This document shows, one piece after another, positions 60,408 through 64,000 of a DNA stretch of 64,000 bases. The notes under the pieces were generated by a model that did no database searches, was not told the origin of the DNA, and was given only the letters and a program-made list of their open reading frames with translations. The translations under genes were made by a program, and so were the position numbers. Every line of letters begins with the position of its first letter. Within the stretch, counting starts at the first letter, position 1. Source of the stretch: Acidobacteriota bacterium (GTDB lineage Bacteria > Acidobacteriota > UBA6911 > RPQK01 > JADFOI01); contig OY760074.1 in assembly GCA_963663035.1 (NCBI GenBank), forward strand, positions 3,168,001-3,232,000, given 5' to 3'.

Positions 60408-60775
60408 TGCCTCGTCAAATCAAAAAGTCCACCATCATCAGCCTTGTCCTCTTGCTCCTGATCTTTGTAGGTGCGCTGTTGCTGCTGGGTTACTATGAAT
60501 TGGATCTGGTTCACGCTGTTGTGGTCAATGCGGTCATCCAGAAGGCACCCCAGGGATATTCTGAGGAGAGGATAGAAGAGACTTTTGCCGCTGCTCGGCG
60601 AAAAGCCGTCCTGGAAAATCGGAGGGAGGCGTACTTGGAGCTGTTGTTCCTCTTGTCCCAGCAACTGGAGAAGCTCCAGCTGCTGAGTGTGGATGAGCTG
60701 GAGCAGTTGCTCGAGAAAGTAGGAGACAGGAGTCAGGAGGTAGGAGACAGGAGTCAGGAGTCAGGAGTCAGGTGA
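60407..60775 (+). CDS. Hypothetical membrane-anchored protein whose C-terminus runs into repeats
   Basis: N-terminal TM segment; tail VGDRSQE x2 encoded by heptamers. Confidence 0.55.
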   Translation: MPRQIKKSTIISLVLLLLIFVGALLLLGYYELDLVHAVVVNAVIQKAPQGYSEERIEETFAAARRKAVLENRREAYLELLFLLSQQLEKLQLLSVDELEQLLEKVGDRSQEVGDRSQESGVR

Positions 60776-61035
60776 CAGGAGACAGGAGACAGGAGTCAGG
60801 AGGTAGGAGACAGGAGTCAGGAGTCAGGTGACAGGAGACAGGAGACAGGAGTCAGGAGACAGGAGTCAGGAGACAGGAGTCAGGTGACAGGACAGGTGAC
60901 AGGAGACAGGTGACACAGATGCTCTGTGACTTTCTCAGAGAGATTCTACCTCCTACCTCCTACCTCCTACCTCCTACCTCCTACCTCCTACCTCCTACCT
61001 CCTGCCTCCTGCCTCCTGCCTCCTGCCTCCTGCCT
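60716..61035. repeat. Large heptamer tandem array with an inverted counterpart
   Basis: About 28 caggaga/caggagt/caggtga units followed by about 12 cctccta/cctcctg units. Confidence 0.9.
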
Positions 61036-61067
61036 TCTATGACCCAGGGCTGTGCTAACATTCCTTT

Positions 61068-61811
61068 GTGCACTGTCCTCGCTGTAGAGTCCAGATATCC
61101 GAAAGTCGCTGTCCTCATTGCGGGACTGAACTCACCTCCAGTTCTCTGTTTGACTACAGGGGAGATGACCCGGCCCAGAAATCCACCGAGAATAAAGTTG
61201 CGATCTTTGCCGGGAGGGCTCGCCAATCGCAAACTGTGGTGGAGAAACCGCTGATTCGAAAGCCTGTCAGTTCCAGTCTGAAGGCTCGATCTCACCTTCC
61301 GAAACAACAGGCGCTGACACTGGAGTCCCCTGCCGTGGGACCACCAGCGGTGTCCTCCAGTTCCGACGGAGAAGAAGCTGCCGGCAGCGAGACCGGACTC
61401 TCGCATGAAGTTATTTTTTCTCGAATGTTAGCTGGAATGATTGATCTTTCTCTGCCTGTCTTGATTGCCTTTGTCTTCAGTTACTCGGCATCGAAGATTC
61501 TGAACTTCGACTTTTTCTCAGCAAACTCCGTACAGCTCGGAGTGGTGTTTTCGCTGTGCTTTTTCTTTCTCAATTCCTTTTTTTTTCTTGTCCTGAGCGG
61601 TCAGACGCCGGGAATGTATTTGACCGATTTGCAGTTAGTGGGAGAAGAGTCAGAGACTGTCTCCTTTCAATCTCTGCTACTCCGAGTCTGCCTCTTCCTG
61701 CCCGTAGCGGCAACTGTGGTGGGGTTACTCTGGAGTGTCTTTGACCCTTGGTGCAGATGCGTACACGACCGTCTTTCTAAGACGCGGGTGGTTCCCTGCA
61801 GTCACGGTTAG
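61068..61811 (+). CDS. Zinc-ribbon + RDD family protein
   Basis: CPRC...CPHCG, R..A..ID, GQTPG, HDRLSKTRVV. Confidence 0.85.
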   Translation: MHCPRCRVQISESRCPHCGTELTSSSLFDYRGDDPAQKSTENKVAIFAGRARQSQTVVEKPLIRKPVSSSLKARSHLPKQQALTLESPAVGPPAVSSSSDGEEAAGSETGLSHEVIFSRMLAGMIDLSLPVLIAFVFSYSASKILNFDFFSANSVQLGVVFSLCFFFLNSFFFLVLSGQTPGMYLTDLQLVGEESETVSFQSLLLRVCLFLPVAATVVGLLWSVFDPWCRCVHDRLSKTRVVPCSHG

Positions 61812-61814
61812 GGC

Positions 61815-62282
61815 TCATGCGGCCGGGCTCTCTACCTCTCTTAAGAACTGATCGACTAGAACCTTCAAATGAGGGCGGCATCGGTATTCCACATCAGGAT
61901 CCCTCATGAAGGTATTGACAATCACACACATTATGACGACCACTTCTTGTGAAGGCGACGATTGAAAGACAGAATTTCGAAGAGAGACCAGAGCCTCTTC
62001 AAAGTCGTCCTGCTCGATGAAGCGTCCCAGTGGGAAACTCTCTAAAATCAGCCGGATAATATTCCCAAAAGCAGGATAATCCTCTTCGTAAACGACCAGG
62101 GGGACAAGATACTCCTGGTCCAGTTCAAGCTCGAGTTCTTGGTCGGCAAGACCCTGTTGGTCTAATAGAGTCTGAATTCCCGTAGCTTTTAACTGCCACG
62201 GTTTTCGGATGAGGACTTGGACCAATACGAATATCAGGGCACCCGTGAAGGCCAGCAAGAGAGGAAGGTAGTTAATTGACAT
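61815..62282 (-). CDS. Hypothetical protein with N-terminal TM
   Basis: ORF overlapping the upstream gene end; hydrophobic N-terminus. Confidence 0.55.
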   Translation of the reverse strand: MSINYLPLLLAFTGALIFVLVQVLIRKPWQLKATGIQTLLDQQGLADQELELELDQEYLVPLVVYEEDYPAFGNIIRLILESFPLGRFIEQDDFEEALVSLRNSVFQSSPSQEVVVIMCVIVNTFMRDPDVEYRCRPHLKVLVDQFLREVESPAA

Positions 62283-64000
62283 CAGCTGATCGATCAGAGG
62301 GTGGGATCACATAGACCCCGTCGGAACTTGTTCCAGCTAGTAATTCTCCAAATGAGTTGAAGCCCAGTGCGGCAATCCTGGAACTGTTGAGTCCTGGCTG
62401 TATGATCTTCCAATCATCGCCTCCATTTTCCGTGTAAAACAGATGACCAACCAGCAGGTCAGCGGCGAAAATCTGGTTCATCGCCTTCGGATTAGCTTCA
62501 ATGGCGATAATGTCAATCGGATAAACACCTTCAGACTTTGACCACTGCTCACCGCCGTCATCGCTGAAGAAGAGGCCATCGCGGGTACCGCTAAAAAGAC
62601 GTTCCCCACTCTTCTCCAAAACGTGAATGGGAGCATCGGGAAGCCCGCTCGCCTTCATTTTCCAGGTCTTTCCACCATTGTCGGATCGGAAGAGCCCCTT
62701 GTCGGTAGCTGCAAAAAGCTGAGCTGAATCTTGATCATAGAGGACGGCCTTGGCCTGACCCTCCTGGGCGGGGATTTCCAGCTTCGTCAACCTGTCCTCC
62801 ACAGGGTCCAGATGAAAAAACCCGTCTGGGGTGGCCAGGAAAAGCCCCTTTTCACCCGCATCTGCAAAAGCAAGATCAACAACCGCCAAATCGTGGGTTG
62901 TGTTGATACTCTGCCATGGTTCACCTGAGGGAACACCTACAAACACCCCCTTGTGGGTGCCCACGTAAACTTGCCGGCTGAGATGAGCGGGTAAGATCGT
63001 CTTGACATCAGCCATGGCATCATCCAGCCCCTCATTGAAAGTCTCCCAATGCAGTCCTTTGTCACTGGAGAAGAAGAACCCTCCATAATGACCATCCGAG
63101 GCGACACTTGCGTAGTAATGATGCATCCGATTGGGATCGGAAGCGACCGCTACCACTTGACGATTGATAAACCCGCGATTAGCAGGAGAAAACGTCAAGC
63201 CGCCATCATCGCTCTTCAGAAGTCCCGCATCATCCGTTCCCACCAGGATGACCTTATCGTTTTCAGGGTGTACTGCAATCGAATTGACAACAACGCCGGT
63301 GAAGAGAACCTGCCAGCTGCTACCGGCGTCACGGGAAGCAAACAGCCCTACCGTCGTTCCAGCATAAATGGTGTTGGGGTCGGAGGGATCCAGATGAAGG
63401 GTTCGGGTTCTTTTCGCCTCCGTCGGTAATCCGTTTTGGAGTTTCGTCCATTCGAGGCCACCGTTTTCGGACTTGTAGACACCGGTACAGGCACTGGAAA
63501 AAAGGACTTCAGGGTTGTGGGGATTCACAAGCAGAGAAAACATATCGCTGTCCAGAAGCATTCCTTCATGAATGGCATTCCACTTTTCCCCCAGGTTGGT
63601 CGTCTTCCAACCCAGATGCCAGGTCCCAACGTACAGCGTATTGGAGTCTTGAGGATCGAAGGCCAGCGATTCCACATTGTACATGCTGCGATAGCCTCGA
63701 GTGATCCGGTCCCAGGTTTCTCCGCCGTCCAAACTGAGGATGACACCTTCGGTGATTCCCAAGGCGATCTGTTGGGGATCCAAGGGGGCGATAGCAATGG
63801 CCCGGATGGCACTGCTGAAGCGGTCCAGTGAAATCTCCTGCCAGGTTCGTCCTCTGTCTCTGGTTCGGAAAAGCCACCCCTTGTCACTCTTCAGTTCCCA
63901 GCTTGCTGCATACAGGGTGTTGGGATCGAGGGGATCGAAAGCCAGGTTGTCGACGACGAGGTCCCGCCGATCGAGCCCCGGGAGCAATTGACTCCAGCTT
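62272..64000 (-). CDS. BNR/Asp-box beta-propeller protein (Ycf48/VPS10-like), start outside window
   Basis: Many S.DGG.TW Asp-box repeats. Confidence 0.85.
   Translation of the reverse strand, partial: SWSQLLPGLDRRDLVVDNLAFDPLDPNTLYAASWELKSDKGWLFRTRDRGRTWQEISLDRFSSAIRAIAIAPLDPQQIALGITEGVILSLDGGETWDRITRGYRSMYNVESLAFDPQDSNTLYVGTWHLGWKTTNLGEKWNAIHEGMLLDSDMFSLLVNPHNPEVLFSSACTGVYKSENGGLEWTKLQNGLPTEAKRTRTLHLDPSDPNTIYAGTTVGLFASRDAGSSWQVLFTGVVVNSIAVHPENDKVILVGTDDAGLLKSDDGGLTFSPANRGFINRQVVAVASDPNRMHHYYASVASDGHYGGFFFSSDKGLHWETFNEGLDDAMADVKTILPAHLSRQVYVGTHKGVFVGVPSGEPWQSINTTHDLAVVDLAFADAGEKGLFLATPDGFFHLDPVEDRLTKLEIPAQEGQAKAVLYDQDSAQLFAATDKGLFRSDNGGKTWKMKASGLPDAPIHVLEKSGERLFSGTRDGLFFSDDGGEQWSKSEGVYPIDIIAIEANPKAMNQIFAADLLVGHLFYTENGGDDWKIIQPGLNSSRIAALGFNSFGELLAGTSSDGVYVIPPSDRSADVN

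Noticed and set aside
60716-61035. CRISPR array
   Set aside because: Contiguous 7-nt units with no unique spacers and no cas genes.
60910-61406. ORFs with LLPPTSY / GRRQEAG repeats
   Set aside because: Translations of the heptamer array that overlap the real RDD gene.
1-64000. tRNA, rRNA (including tRNA-Sec), prophage or defence genes
   Set aside because: None recognised by eye; a tRNAscan-SE or Infernal run would be needed to exclude small RNAs.

Overview
Bacterial chromosome segment of moderately high GC. It is probably Acidobacteriota, inferred from gene content and a near-GTTC-N7-GTTC LexA-type box. Housekeeping flanks (queD, pfkA, thrC, sigma factor, queA, efp, ETF-QO, cstA, bactofilin, queC) surround an accessory block at about 14.6-41.5 kb. 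That block holds a cytochrome c-Dabb fusion, a Tat cupredoxin-like protein lacking its Cu ligands, a Tat PQQ-type propeller, four secreted Amidohydro_3 paralogues, two nitrilase-superfamily + UbiD pairs, a SnoaL protein, a Zn-ADH, a TAXI-TRAP transporter and outer-membrane proteins. It is followed by an intact IS1380 and an imuA-imuB-dnaE2 cassette. The best candidates for something new are: (1) two secreted cohesin-like proteins ending in a shared C-terminal C-[FL]-F-[FY]-M-H motif, next to the amidohydrolases; (2) two AhpD-like genes with an in-frame TGA in a CxxU motif followed by SECIS-like hairpins (selenoproteins the ORF track splits), one directly upstream of a UbiD; (3) IS1380-type MITE families that sit at CTAG/stop codons and have copy-specific co-varying terminal repeats. 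Several indels suggest sequencing or assembly noise. All homology calls come from motif recognition only; no searches were run.
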